A stretch of DNA of 64,000 nucleotides, taken from NCBI GenBank assembly GCA_030390025.1, contig CM059432.1:25546001-25610000 (forward strand), written 5' to 3'. This DNA is from Squalus acanthias. Lineage: Eukaryota. The position numbers and the translations under genes are program-made. The notes under the pieces were generated by a model, which was not told the origin of the DNA, ran no database searches, and worked only from the letters and a program-made list of their open reading frames with translations. The stretch's first letter is position 1; the number at the start of each line of letters is the position of its first letter. Positions 24,235-36,812 of this stretch are shown piece after piece.

Positions 24235-25998
24235 AGGCTGGATTTTCCCTGCGGAGGTGGGATGGCGGCGGGAGAGCTGGTTGGCGGGTTCCGGTCTCGC
24301 TCCTGTCTGCAGCCGCTCTCTGAAAATGATTTTCCATAGATTGGCCTTGTTAAGCCCGCCCTGCGGGGCTCCTGGTCAATTAAAAGGCAGCGGGTCTGAT
24401 GAAGTAATTTGATGATGTGTCATCAGCAGGTTTCCTTAAAGGGACCACAGCCACATTGATTTTGACAGTTGTGCTGTCAGTGGTCTGCAGCATTGAGGTG
24501 CTGCAAACACTGACAAGCACTGCACAAAGGTGGACGTCTGCACCCAGGCTCACGTATGACTCCCTCCATATGCTTATGGAGGGAGTCACAGCACACAGGG
24601 AGATTCTCTTCCCTTCCGAGGGCGGAAGGGACCTCCCCAGGAGATCAACTTAGTCTGGTTGCACATTGCACAGGAGGACACAAGCAGGGATGTCATCAGG
24701 AGTCCCTGGCTACAGTGGTGCAAACCTTTCAATGATCTCAATAGATCACGAAACGTTACTGCAATGCCACACTCAAACTCACCCTGCTGTACCACTCAAC
24801 ACATCCCAATCATTCTACCTTCCCTACCCTACTCCTGCACATCCTTACTCACACCAACTTACCTTGCATCTCCGCCCATCCCTCTCTATCTATATTATCA
24901 CTTCCCCATCTCACTAGCCACCCCTCACACTCACCCTCATCCTACTGCAAGCATACCAACTAACAACACACAAGGTTTAGCCAATGTTCATGTGAAGTTT
25001 CTGTTAATGTGTTGTCATACAGTGAAATCTATATTTTCAACACTTCACCTTATTGGACAGATCTGTGTGCACCTTGAGAAGTGTCTTAGTGAGTTCCAGT
25101 GCATGTTGAGACATAACTTCCCTCCTCCACCCCGCTATTGTGATGAGTGTGAAAGGAATTGCTTGGACATTATAGGGATGCTTTACAGTGCTGGTGTGGG
25201 ATGGTGTCAACCTGGCACATCATGTGGCAGGCAGGGTTTACAGCAACAAGTGAAGTAAATCTGGCCATGGTCACTGGCCTCTCGGGCAGCAATGTTGTCA
25301 GGTGTTGATGCCCTGTGTCCTATGCAGCATCAGGTTATGGTGGAGAAGGTTGGTGGTGTTGTTGGTATGCCTGGTGATGTTGGTGTTGGTGCTGATCGTG
25401 GAAGGATTCAGAGGACCAAGGTGTGATTTTTTCAAGGGCACCGATGTTGCTAGAATAGATGGCAGCTGCAGGTGAGATGACAGAAGTGATCTGTCAATGG
25501 TGAGAGAGGTTGTTCCAATGAGGTGGCACTGGATATACAGTTGGCTCTAAACACTTGCAAGCTAAAGCAATCTCTATATGTCTTACAAATGCAGTAACCA
25601 ACAGTTTCTGAGCTCGGAAACTGAACAGCTGCAACATGGCATCCTTTATATCACTTCTGTAGCTGTCAAGTTATCAGATAAATCAAAGCAGATTCATTCA
25701 ACTCACGCCAGAGTGAGCTGGCGTGTTCCCCGGGCAGCGGATAACCCATGGGGGAGCACGTAAAATTACAAGGTAGGCTCGAAATAGCATTAAATTGGCT
25801 GTTAATAAGCCATTTAAGCAGCTCAATGGTCTCCCCCGCTACTTGGTGTCGGGTCAATTCTGCACAGACAGACCCAACACCTGGGAGACTCGTGTGTAGG
25901 CGGGTGGACAGCGGGTTTCCTACCCGCTGTCAATCTTTGCTATTTTGACAGCGGACCCGCTCCAAAATCGCACTCTGAGCGCTGGCAAAATTCAGCCC
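24235..25998 (+). mobile_element. Non-autonomous PIF/Harbinger element with a decayed Myb/SANT exon
   Basis: Ends aggctggatttt / aaaattcagccc; TSD agt/agc. 24540-24750 encodes the frameshifted APRLTYDSLHMLMEGVTAHREILFP...HIAQE...WLQWCKPFNDL, similar to 29053..29292. Confidence 0.8.
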
Positions 25999-26107
25999 AG
26001 CGTCAACTACCCAAAGGGAAGCAGTGCTCTCATTGCAGAAAACATGTAAAAGAAATAACACGCTGGAAAGCATCTGTCTTATGACAGAATACAATAGCAA
26101 TAGCAAT

Positions 26108-26140
26108 AGTTCTGACGAAGGGTCATCGACCTGAAACGTT
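26108..26140 (+). ncRNA. Minimal type I hammerhead motif; the 3' strand of stem I is displaced to 29558-29561
   Basis: AGTT-CTGACGA-A-GGGTC-ATC-GACCT-GAAA-CG-TT then AACT: conserved core, stem II, palindromic AACGTT, stem I AGTT/AACT. Confidence 0.75.
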
Positions 26141-28280
26141 GGGATTGATTGTAATAGCCCTGAGGAGGCAGGTTTGGAGGCGGGTCTGTTGGGAAAATCG
26201 GGAAATATGGCTTCAGACATCCAACCCACCTCCATCCCGCCCCCACCCGATTTTCCTGAGTGTCTGTTCAGCCGCTCCCAAACTGACCCGTCTCCAACCG
26301 GTGGGACAGGTAGTTAAGGCAGTTAACAGCCTGTTAACTGCCTTGCTAATCCTATTTTCATAGTGGTTTCCCATTTTCCTGCTTCTGGCTCCTGTTTCCC
26401 GACTTGTCAGAAACAGTCCAGGTTCAAGGAGACGAGTTGCTGGAGGGCATAATTTGTATGCATTGGTGGAGCACATTAAAAGCGCCCCTGAAACATGGCT
26501 GACATTCAAATACAACAACTTTGCAGTTGTAGGTATGGGATAAGATTTTGCACATCTACTGACCTTGTGACTGTTCATGCTGACACCCATCTGCAGTGTG
26601 TCATGAATGGAAACATTTCAGGCCACTTCCACTGTACACTTGCAAGATTGTTACCTCAAATGAAATCTATAGCAAGGGGATGGGAAACATTTATGCCCTC
26701 TCATCCTGGTCCTCATAATTGGGGGAGTAGCAGCCGCATGGCTCACCACAGATCTTCCTGGGAAGAGGAGTAGGAGGAGGAGGAGGGGAGCCTTGCATGC
26801 CCTGTTGTGACCAATGTAGCATCCCTCCAGTTCACTGCTGCCCGTCAACCAGGATATGTACACTGCCATGCCACACTACCATAAGCTTACTCTTCGACCA
26901 TAGGTGGCCACCATATGGCTCTGTAATTGCAGGTGACACTTGTCCAATGTCATACTTCATCACTTTTACCATCAGCATTACAAATGCAAGTCACCCTGAG
27001 CCCTCAATGCGCTTTTGCCATTTCCCAGAACACATAGGCCACACAATCAACTGTTTGACATAATTTATCTTTAACACGTGACAAAATATACCAGCAAGAG
27101 TCAGAAAAAAAAGAAACATCACCCAAGTGGGTCTCCTTGTGAGTTTAGGTGCTTAATCTTTCTCTTACGCGTGCTTCTACGTGGTGCTTCCCCTGTGGCT
27201 TCAGCAGATGTAGAGGCACCTTGCTGACTAGGATGCTGCGCTTACTTAGACACCTTTGGCAGGCGTCCTCTGGGTTTGGGAGCCTGGGAGGGCTCTTCAA
27301 CAGTTTGCTCTTCCTGCGGCTGTGCAGGGGCTGAAATGGCCATCTCAGTTGTCTCTGCAAAGTGGGTCTCTGAGCGAGGGCTCTGCAGTGACATGGTCGT
27401 GTGAGCGCTTTGAGAGGAGCCCACAATTCCTTCTGTCCTGCCAACAACATCCCTCTCATGGGTCAACCACACCTCAGTGCTGGCAAGTGGCAGGAGAACA
27501 CCTTACTGCACTTCAGGGGGGACCATGAGGACCCGTATCCGCACTGGCAGTCCTCCTCAAAAGGACATCCATGAAGCTCTGGTCTCTCTGCTCAATAGCT
27601 GCCCATCGCTCCTCCAGAGATGTCATTCTATTCTGAACAGTCACCATGTTTTCCTGACTCTGGCAACTTATTTCCTCCATGGCCGTAGCTATCCTTTCCA
27701 CTGAGGTAGCCATCCTATCCATGGTGGTGCGTTCATGCGCCATTGCCTCCACCACGGCAATGCTGATGTTAGAGATGGACTCCTCCATTCTCCCCACACT
27801 CGCTCTAACTCTGGAGGCAAACCCTTCCAGAGACACCTGAACTTGTTCCTGTATTTCCCGAGACGCTCTTTTTCTGGATGGTCCCAGAGGCACAGCATCT
27901 GCATTCAGCTCAGCAGAGCTAGGAGAGTCCTGCGACCTCCACAGAGGACTCTCCACTGCTGTCGCTGTCTCCACCATCTGCTGATGCTCACTTGTGCGCT
28001 GTGATATACCAGGTGGCAACACTACTCGAACTCACGATGGCCCCACCGAGGTGTGCGTTGCTGCACTGGTGCTGGGTGCGCTGTGTCCTGGTGACGCTAG
28101 TCCCTCAGAGGCTTCAGGTTCCTCTGAGGAGATGTCCGGCTCTTCGTCCTGGATCGTGGGGAGGGGGGCACTCGATGGTCCTGTGGGAGAGTAAAGGCTT
28201 GAATTAGACATCTGATATTGATGTAGCAAAAATGAGAGGTCGCACAACACCAGGTTATAGTCCAACAGTTTTATTTGAAA

Positions 28281-28317
28281 TTATGAGCTTTCGGAGCGCT
28301 GCTCCTTCGTCAGGTAA
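28281..28317 (-). ncRNA. Minimal type I hammerhead motif (core intact)
   Basis: Minus strand TTAC-CTGACGA-A-GGAGC-AGC-GCTCC-GAAA-GC-TC-ATAA; one mismatch in stem I. Confidence 0.75.
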
Positions 28318-28320
28318 AGT

Positions 28321-28357
28321 TTACCTGAAGAAGGAGCAGAGCTCCAAAAGCTCGTAA
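28321..28357 (+). ncRNA. Minimal hammerhead motif with GAAA changed to AAAA (probably inactive)
   Basis: TTAC-CTGAAGA-A-GGAGC-AGA-GCTCC-AAAA-GC-TC-GTAA; stem I TTAC/GTAA. Confidence 0.65.
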
Positions 28358-30032
28358 TTTCAAATAAAACTGTTGGACTATAACCTGGTGTTGTGCGACT
28401 TCTCATTTTTGTCCACCCCAGTCCAACACCAGCATCTCCGCATCATTGATGTAGCAGACACATCCTTTTGAGCAGATGATACAAAGCGATTCTCTGTGAA
28501 CATCATATTCCATTGCTTTCTGAGAGGGATGAAACTCTATTATGTCACCAGCTTCCTCTTGTGTGCCCGTCTCTCCATCGCCCACTTTCCTGTCCTCGCC
28601 ACTGCCAACAATCTCGTTTGCTGCCTCCTCAGCACTGGTCAATGTTGCAAGGGTAGGTGTTCCTCCTCCAGTCAGTGCTCTCTCCCTCTTATTGTGGGCT
28701 ATCATTTCCTGCAAGGAGGGACACAAGTGGTGTTTCAGCCACAGTGATGGAGTGAGTGTGATTAACCCCTACCATAGAAGCATTGAGTGAGACGAAGATG
28801 GGGTAAGGTGCCAAGAGGCAGGTAGCTCCCTGCGCGTTGTTAGTTGTTGCCACTGCATGACAGTGACAGCGAGTCTAAGGGGTGCATAGGCAGGATGCTG
28901 AAGTGATTCAGTGCAGAGACAGAGATAGATAGGAAAGGGTGCAAGGGAAGTAAGAGTAAGGTGGGATGTGAAGGAGGAGGCTTACAACGCAGAGTGCTGG
29001 TGATGAGAAGAGAAGGGATGCAGAGTGAAGGCAAGTGAGATGTGATACTCACTTTTGATGTTCTCACAAGATCATTAACCTTTTTGCGGCACTGCATCCA
29101 AGACAGTGCATAAATGGACCTTGCGCTGACCTCCTGAGCAATGCACAGCCAGGCTGCCTTGGTCTGCTGAGGAGGCTTTCTCCAGCCGTCCGGAGGGAAG
29201 GGAATCTCCCTGTACCCTCTGACAGCATCCAAAAGAACTTGGAGGAACTCATCATTAAAACAAGGAGCTGCCTTGCCTCTGGAAGAAGTCATTGCTTTTA
29301 AAAGAAGTGCAGGAAACCACAATAGAAAGGCTCAGGCTGGATGACAACTTTAAAAGCAGCTGCTATTATGACGTCATCAGAGGCAGCCAGCCGACCCGAT
29401 CCCACTCATTGGACGAGCCAGCGCACCTCCATGAAATTAACAAGGTACTTTAATAAAAATTGCAACTCTGCAGCTGTTCCTGCCGGAAGCGGCTCCCGAA
29501 CCCGCCCACCACGCAACCCGACTCCAACCCGCCTCGGGAATTAAAATCGAGCCCGTTAACTCTGTTTCTCTCTCCACGATGCTGCCTGACCTGCTGAGTG
29601 TTTCCAGCAGTTTCTGTTGTTGTATCTTATGACAGAGACTTGCATTTATATAGTGACCTCAGTACGTCCCAGAGCGCTTTACGGCCAATGACGTATGCTA
29701 GAAAATAGATAAGTTTTTATATTGTTTTAATACAGAACGAAGACAGAACAGCTAATGGAGGCAGAATTGGTTTAAACTGTATGCTTGCAGATCTGATCTT
29801 TTGATCACAATGACACTGAGATAACATTGGAGAAGGATGAAACTTTAGGCAATGGGACAGGCTACTGACAAGGATATGCCCCTATGGTTGTGCGTGTTCA
29901 GCAATCTGTTTAACGGCCGAAGCTGCCCAACAAAATTAAACTCAGCAAGAATTAGACAATGTATGATTGTTTTTTAATATTTTATAAAGGAGGAACACAA
30001 AGCAAAACTCAGTTAGGAATTTTAGTTACCTT

Positions 30033-31536
30033 TAGTGGATGCATTGGTTGTCATTTTCCAAAATTCCATAGATTCTAGATGGTTCTCGTGGATTGGAAGG
30101 TAGCAAATGTAACCCCACTATTTAAGAAAGGAAGGAGAGAGAAAACGGGGAACTACAGACCAGTTAGCCTGACATCAGTAGTAGGGAAAATGCTAGAATC
30201 TATTATTAAGGACGTGGTAACAGGGCACTTAGAAAATAATAATAGGATTGGGCAGAGTCAACACGGATTTATGAAAGGGAAATCATGTTTGATGAATCTG
30301 TTAGAGTTTTTTGAGGTTGTAATTAGCAGAATAGATAAGGGGGAACCAGTGGATGTGGTGTATTTGGATTTTCGGAAGGCATTCGATAAGATACCATACA
30401 AGAGGTTATTACACAAAATTAGGGCTCATGGCTTTGGGTGTAATATATTAACATAGATTGAGGATTGGTTAACGGACAGAAAACAGAGAGTAGGAATAAA
30501 CGGGTCATTTTCGGGTTGGCTGGCTGTAACTAGTGGTGTACCGCAAGGATCAGTGCTTGGGCCTCAGATATTCACAATCTATATCAATGATTGGGATGAG
30601 GGGACCAAATGTAATATATCCAAGTTTGCTGATGATACAAAGCTGGGTGGGAATGTAAGTTGTGAGGAGGATGCAAAGAGGCTTCAAGGGGATATAGACA
30701 AGTTAGGTGAGTGAGCAGGAACATGGCAAATGGAATATAATGTGGAGAAATGTGAAGTTATCCACTTTGGTAGGAAAAATAGAAAAGCAGAGTATTTTTT
30801 AAATGGTGAGAGATTGGGAAATGTTGGTGTTCAGAGGGACCTGGGTGTCCTTGTACACAAATCACTGAAAGTTAACATGCAAGTACAGCAAGCAATTAGG
30901 AAAGCAAATGGTATGATGGCCTTTATTACAAGAGGATTTGTAAAGATGTCTTACTGCAATTATATAGGGCTCTGGTGAGACCACACCTGGAGTATTATGT
31001 ACAGTTTTGGTCTCCTTACCTAAGGAAGGATATACTTGCCATAGAGGGAGTGCAACAAAGACTGATTCCTGAGATGAGGGGATTGTCCTATGAGGAGAGT
31101 TTGAGTAGACTAGGCCTATATTCTCTAGAGTTTAGAAGAATGAGAGGTGATCTTATTGAAATATACAAAATTCTTACAGGGCTTGACAGAGTAGATGCAG
31201 GGAGGGTGTTTCCCCTGGCTGGGGTGTCTAGAACCAGTGGTCACAGTCTCAGAATAAGGGGTCGGCCATTTAGGACTGAGATGAGGAGAAATTTCTTCCC
31301 TCAGAGGGTTGTGAATCTTTGGAATTCTCTACCCCAGAGGGCTGTGGAGGCTCAGTCGTTGAGTATATTCAAGACAGAGATCGATAGATTTTTGTATATT
31401 AAGGGAATCAAGTGATATGGGGATAGTGCAGGAAAGTGGAGATGAGGTAGAACATCAGCCATGATCTTATTGAATGACGGAACAGGCTCGATGGGCCGAA
31501 TGGCCTACTCCTGCTCCTATTTCTTATGTTATGTTC
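30033..31536 (+). mobile_element. 5'-truncated CR1 LINE with stops and frameshifts
   Basis: ORFs 30079..30456, 30730..30978 and 30975..31415 carry CR1 RT motifs; CR1 3' UTR. Confidence 0.95.
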
Positions 31537-31744
31537 AAGGAGAGCTACCATGAATGGCCTGGGTAGCCAATCGCTCACGATTCCCAGGAAGTGCTTTACT
31601 CGCAAGTTTCTAGATTGCGTGTACTGGTCTGTATGTAGTCTTAAGATGAATGTTTTGAAACAATAATAAATAAAGTTAATTGGCAGATATATTATTGTCT
31701 CTAGCTTTCATGAGTCTGTTATTAAAAGGATAAGGTTTACCCAA

Positions 31745-32118
31745 CAAAGTACTTTTGAAGTGTAGTCACTGTTGTAATGTTGAAAACATGGCAGCCAATT
31801 TGCGCACAGCAAGGTCCCACAAACAGCAATGAGATAAATAACCAGATCATCTGTTTTAATAAGGTTGGTTGAGGGACAAATATTGGCCCTTCTTTATTGC
31901 CCCCTCATGGTGGATCTTTTACATCCACCATGAGGGGGTAGACGGGGCCTCGGTTTACCATCTCATCTGAAAAACGGCACCTCCAACAGTGCAGCACTCC
32001 CTCGGTACTGCACTAAAGCACCAGCCTAGGTTATGTGCTCAAGTCTCTGGAGTGGGGCTTGACCCATGACCTTCAGACTCAGAGACGAGAGTGCTACCAC
32101 TGAGTTAAGTTTGACACT
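31745..32118 (-). mobile_element. DeuSINE with tRNA-derived head
   Basis: Colinear with 44780-45151, including the head (ttcagactcagagacgagagtgctaccactgag). Confidence 0.88.
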
Positions 32119-32896
32119 AGACTCCATGAGATCCCCCGTAAGCTCTAGGGAACCTAGTCTGAAAACTTATGATGTAAAGTGGATTGTATAAAGTATATAT
32201 AAGATTGTGTGGCTTAACGGCACGATGTTGAAGAAGTTTGAAATAATAGCTTTGCTGCAGTGCTGTTTAAAGCAAAACAAATTGACAGTCGAGGCCCTTA
32301 AATTATTTTTAAAGTTGAACTCAACATCAGCTACTCTTAGCACAGCAATACCTACTCAAGAAGCGATGAATTAGGCCCTAATGGTTCAGCATGCCTGCAT
32401 ACCCCTCACTTTGCACTTAATGGTGACACTTGACTGAAATCGTGCTTAAAATCCTCTAGTGGAAAGAAACAACTCATTTTCAGTAAGAGTTCCTCCCACT
32501 GTCATTAGTGCCACTTCATTACATGTAATTGGAGCCTGGTCTGGCACTGTGGCACCAATGTAACTCGTCAGCGGAAATAAAAGTCAGGAAACCACTGTCG
32601 TAAACACTGATGGAGACAAGATTTTCTCTTCTTTGGTCTGATCTCACGCTGTCAATTTTTGTTGCAACATTAGAAGACATTTTGAACGTTTCAAGCTTAT
32701 GTGTTTGTTGACACTATTAACAATCAGCTGCAGGCATTGCTGCTGCAGATGCTGTTAAGCATGCTTGAATTGCACATTAGTACAAACAAGCAACAGCTAA
32801 CAAGTAATTTGAATGCCTTAAATTTAGGCTCTTGCAGAAGCAAAGGTTCTTTTTTGAATAAATATCACTCTGGTGGGGCATAAGAACATATTCAAC

Positions 32897-33063
32897 GAGG
32901 GTGAAATTGGTCTTTGGTATTTGCGAAAAACAGGCGATAGCGAATTGGCAGCCCATATTACACCTTTACTTTTCCATTGAAGTCCGTTGATGCAGAGTGT
33001 AAAATGGGCTGCCGATTCCCTATCGCATGTTTTGCGCTACCACCAAAGATCAATTCCACTCCC
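32897..33063. mobile_element. Short palindromic Harbinger-type MITE
   Basis: gagggtgaaattggtctttggt / accaaagatcaattccactccc, with internal inverted symmetry; related to 21655..21766. Confidence 0.65.
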
Positions 33064-34360
33064 AGAATCCAGGATGAGAAAATGCTACTTGGCTCATCGT
33101 TCATGTAAAATCAGAGAATCATACAGCACTGAAGGAGACCAAACTCCCATTTACCATGTACCCTAACTCTCTGAACCTAGCAACCAACATTACATATTTA
33201 AAAAAATAAACTCTGTAAATGTGAGCAATGGGCATTGTCATTTGAGAAAGTTCTAAAAATCATAAACATGCAGTTGAACTGTGAGGAGGAAAAGTAGATG
33301 CATGGGGTTACAAATACCCTTGTAAATCTGAGGTGTATTGGGAGCATAGAACTAGAGAACATGAATCTAAAATTAACAAGCCTCAAGCAAGACTTGAAAG
33401 ATTTTTATTTTCCTGTAGAGTTCTGGATATATGGATTAGACCCTTGGTTACTACATTTAATGCTGGTTCAATTAACACCTTTAAGAATACAGCTTGGATG
33501 AATGCCCAGTTAGGAACAGGATGGAGGATAACATGTGCTGAGAAAAATGATTGTAATTTACTCACCCCCTTATCTTTCTCATGTGTTTGGAATATGATGG
33601 TCTCAGAGCCATTGGGACCTTGAATAAAAGAGTTTCAGAAAATAAACTTTCCCTCAGGGGTGACTGAAGAGTGATTAGACGTGGGAACTCTAAATTGCTT
33701 TTCCTCTATCTAGCTCAGGAGCAATTAGGCTAATTGTAGCTCTTCATTCCCCTTCTCCCTCCTCGACCTCAACTAACACAGTGCAGACCAGTGATCAAAC
33801 CTGGGCCTTTCTTTGGCTGTACTTCTCCGTACTACAACATCAGGGGGATAGTGGATTAGTTAGAAGTGACTGAAACTCTGATTGAAAAAATGGAGAAAGG
33901 GGGAAAGCATTTCAATGACAACTTGCATCTACATAGTGCCTTTAACATAGAAAACATCCCGAGGCTCTTGACAAGGGAGAAGTGGGCATTCAGCGATAAT
34001 AGAAGGATTAGGAGAGATGGCCCGAAGCTTGGCTAAAAGAGGCAGGGAGAGAGGTAGCAATGCAAAGATCTTAGGAAGGGAATTCTGAAGAGTGAGGCTG
34101 AGACAGCTGAAAGCCCTTTCAACCAATCAAAGGTAAATTTAGCAAAACTGGTTCTCAAATAGTCTCTAAAAAAGATGAACAATTTGTGCCAGAAATCGCA
34201 TGTGCTCTGTAAGGGTTCCTCTTCTGGTCATAATTTACGTGACTTATTCCCAACTGACATGACTGGCTTCATGGATTTTTGGAAGGACTTCCCTGAAAAA
34301 AAACAAAAAAAGTGCAAAATAATAACGAGACAGATAAGGGAGTGAGTAAATTACACTTAT

Positions 34361-34545
34361 TGGGGGTAATTTTTACCTTCAATGCTTGGGCAGTAAACTG
34401 GTAGAGTGGATTGCCTGCCCATTGTAGAACTTGCCCAACTTTTGTTTCTATTGATTTCAATAGAAATTAAAATGGGGTGGGCTCTATAATCGGTGAGTGA
34501 TCTGCTGTACTTTTTTACTGCCCAGCAAAAACTAAAATTTACACC
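34361..34545. mobile_element. Short degenerate MITE
   Basis: gggggtaattttta...ttgggcagtaaa / tttactgcccag...taaatttacacc inverted ends. Confidence 0.5.
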
Positions 34546-34598
34546 TATTATCTGTAATTCCTTTTTTCCCTTTTTCATTCATCCCATTCCCAGTTATA

Positions 34599-35443
34599 GG
34601 GAGCGATTTTGCCAGCCCTGGGGAGGCGGGTTTGGAGGCGGGACTGCCAGGAAAATGGCAGAATCTGGGGGCGGGTACCCATCCCGCCCCCAACCCGCCT
34701 CCATGTTATCTTCCCAGGAGGTGGGTACCCGATCCGCGCTGGGTCCCGTCTCCTGGAGGCGGGAAGGGGATTACAGCCATTTAACTGCCTGTTAACAGGT
34801 AGTTAACATGCAGTTAAGAGGATTACCCCATTTTTCCAAAAGAGGCGCGGGCTTCCCGACGTCGGGAAACCCCACCAGGGTCACCGAGGCGAGCAGTGGG
34901 TCTGCGGAGGTGAGAGGGGTCCAAAAGTGCGCTGTGGAGGTGAGTGATGGGTGCAAGTGTGGAGAGGTAAGTATGTGAGGTAAGTGAAAAGTGTTAGAAA
35001 AAGTTTCCTTACCTTTGTTTCTTCCTGCAGGCTTCAATCGTTGGGGATCCGGAGGCTCCGGCATCTCCACGGCAGAGATGACAGAATGGCTGCTGCATTC
35101 TCCGATGCAACAGCCATCTGCTTTCTGCTCAGGAAATAGGTTTGGTGAGTCTTGAGTACAAGAACTCACCAAACAACAGAGAATGTCAGTGTTTGACAGC
35201 TTCTCAAAGCTGTCAAACGATGACAATTCATCTGTCAAAAATTTTTGACAGATGAAACGTCATACGCTGACGTTCTCTATCACCAGCTTCCCCTTAATTG
35301 GCCTGCTAAGCCCGTTGGACGGGCTTAACAAGGTCAATCAAGGGAAAATAGCGTGGGTTGGCCACAAGTGGATGGAGGCGGGACTGAAACCTGACAAGCA
35401 GCAGTCCCGCCTCCAACGTGCCCCCATTGGCAAAATCACCCCC
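34599..35443. mobile_element. Harbinger-type MITE
   Basis: TIR gggagcgattttgcca / tggcaaaatcaccccc; interior is an inverted relative of 19058..19901. Confidence 0.75.
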
Positions 35444-35809
35444 TCAGATGCGTTAAGTTAGATAGTTGGTATCACTCGCTTTAGTGCTGTATTCATGAAA
35501 CAATTCAAAGTACTTCCGGTGGCTTAGTAATAATGGAGGTGAGAATGATAATGGTAAGTGCATCTGTGGATGTCAAGTGAGGATGGAATTTGGTGCCAGT
35601 CGATGCCCACCAGGATGGAATAGTCCAGCAGCACCCACTATCTAGGTTCATTTTGGTGAGGCACTGAAAGTCTGTCAGCACCTGTAGATTTGTGCCCCAG
35701 CAGAGCAGCAGAAGAAAACTGGGAAAAGGAAAATGGTTGTAGTTGCAGTTTGTGAATGATTCCTTCGAGTTATGAATCTTTAGAAGCAAATCATAATGTT
35801 ATATCAATG

Positions 35810-36250
35810 AATAAAGCAGTCTGCTTGATCGGCACCCCATTCACCACCTTAAACATCCACTCCATCCACCACTGGCGTGCCGGGGCTGCAGTGTGTACTA
35901 TCCACAGGATGCACTGCAGCAACTCACCAAGGCTTCTACAACAGCACCGCCCAAACCCGTGACATCCACCACCTAGAAGGACAAGGGCAACAGGTGCATG
36001 GGAACGCCACCACCTCCAAGTTCCCCTCCAAGTCACACACAATCCTGACTTAGATTTATATTGCCGTACCTTCATCGTCACTGGGTCAAAATCATGGAAC
36101 GCCCTACCTAACCACATTGTAGGAGTAACTTCTCCAGATGGAATACAGCGGTTCAAGAAGAAGGCCCACCACCACCTTCTCAAGGAAAACTAGGGACGGG
36201 CAATAAATGCTGGCCTTGCGAGCAGCGCCAATATCCCCAGAATGAATATT
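35810..36250 (+). mobile_element. 3' end of a second LINE family (CR1/L2-group; clade not resolved)
   Basis: The same 3' sequence (…gcagcggttcaagaag…gggcaataaatg…) recurs at 39450-40030 and 43860-44150. Confidence 0.75.
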
Positions 36251-36812
36251 TTTTAAACATCCATAACAAAATAAGTGTTAAGGCAGAATCTAACTTGGCA
36301 CAGTTGAGATGTAAAAACACATCAGGTTGCCAATTAACCCTGGAATCAAAAGCCTTCTTTGGAGTTCAACAAAACTGTGAGGATTTTAATAACGGCACTG
36401 AATAATTCATGAATCGCTGGAATGTAATTGGGATCTGTAAATCTGCTTACATGGCCAGAAAGACACAGAACCAAAAGGAACATCTCTGAATTTGGCCAAA
36501 GTCCAGTTTCAACAGTGCAGGATCATTAAATAGGGTCACGCGTAGACGCCCAAGAAGAAATTTCCTCTGCCTTGCTCCCAAGTAGAACCCAAGTTACGAG
36601 CACAATATTGAGGTGGGGAGAGGGGGGAAATGTGCATCAATCCTTTTCCCTGTCCTGTACCCGACACATGCTGTCCCCAAATTTCCTCTATGACTTTTCT
36701 GGTGCCTGAAAAGGAGGCAGAAATTTAAATTACATGCAAATCACTGCCAAATAAGCCTGCACCCAGATTTCCTCCAATAGTGTCAGGTGCACATCAGGAG
36801 CAGACTGCCCCT

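Larger units (their letters stand above)
28229..28444 (+). mobile_element. Fold-back mini Penelope element (two ~91-bp inverted arms plus ~34-nt one-sided tail) in intron 2 of the Myb gene
   Basis: Arms 28228-28318 and 28320-28410; tail gtccaccccagtccaacaccagcatctccgcatc; 12-bp TSD attgatgtagca at 28217-28228 and 28445-28456. Confidence 0.9.
27513..29292 (-). pseudogene. Spliced Myb/SANT-like (MSANTD/NAIF1-type) Harbinger accessory gene; exons 29292-29053, 28708-28549, 28180-~27513
   Basis: Exon 1 MTSSRGKAAPCFNDEFLQVLLDAV...W..IAQEV...WMQCRKKVNDL; exon 2 EMIAHNKRERALTGGG. GT-AG introns with matching phases (0 and 1). One in-frame TGA at 28032-28034. Confidence 0.8.
26141..29554 (-). mobile_element. 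PIF/Harbinger DNA transposon (3.4 kb, transposase decayed or deleted)
   Basis: Ends GGGATTGATTGTAAT / ATTAAAATCGAGCCC; 3-bp TSD GTT (26138-26140, 29555-29557); carries a Myb/SANT gene. Confidence 0.88.
26089..29624 (+). mobile_element. Mini PLE/hammerhead element (~120 bp: 26089-26140 + 29558-29624) split by a Harbinger transposon
   Basis: Perfect 12-bp TSD tcttatgacaga at 26077-26088 and 29625-29636; the two halves rejoin as ctgaaacgttaactctgtttc. Confidence 0.85.

Noticed and set aside
26500..27050. Harbinger DDE transposase gene
   Set aside because: This is the expected position, but no continuous frame or catalytic motif could be read.
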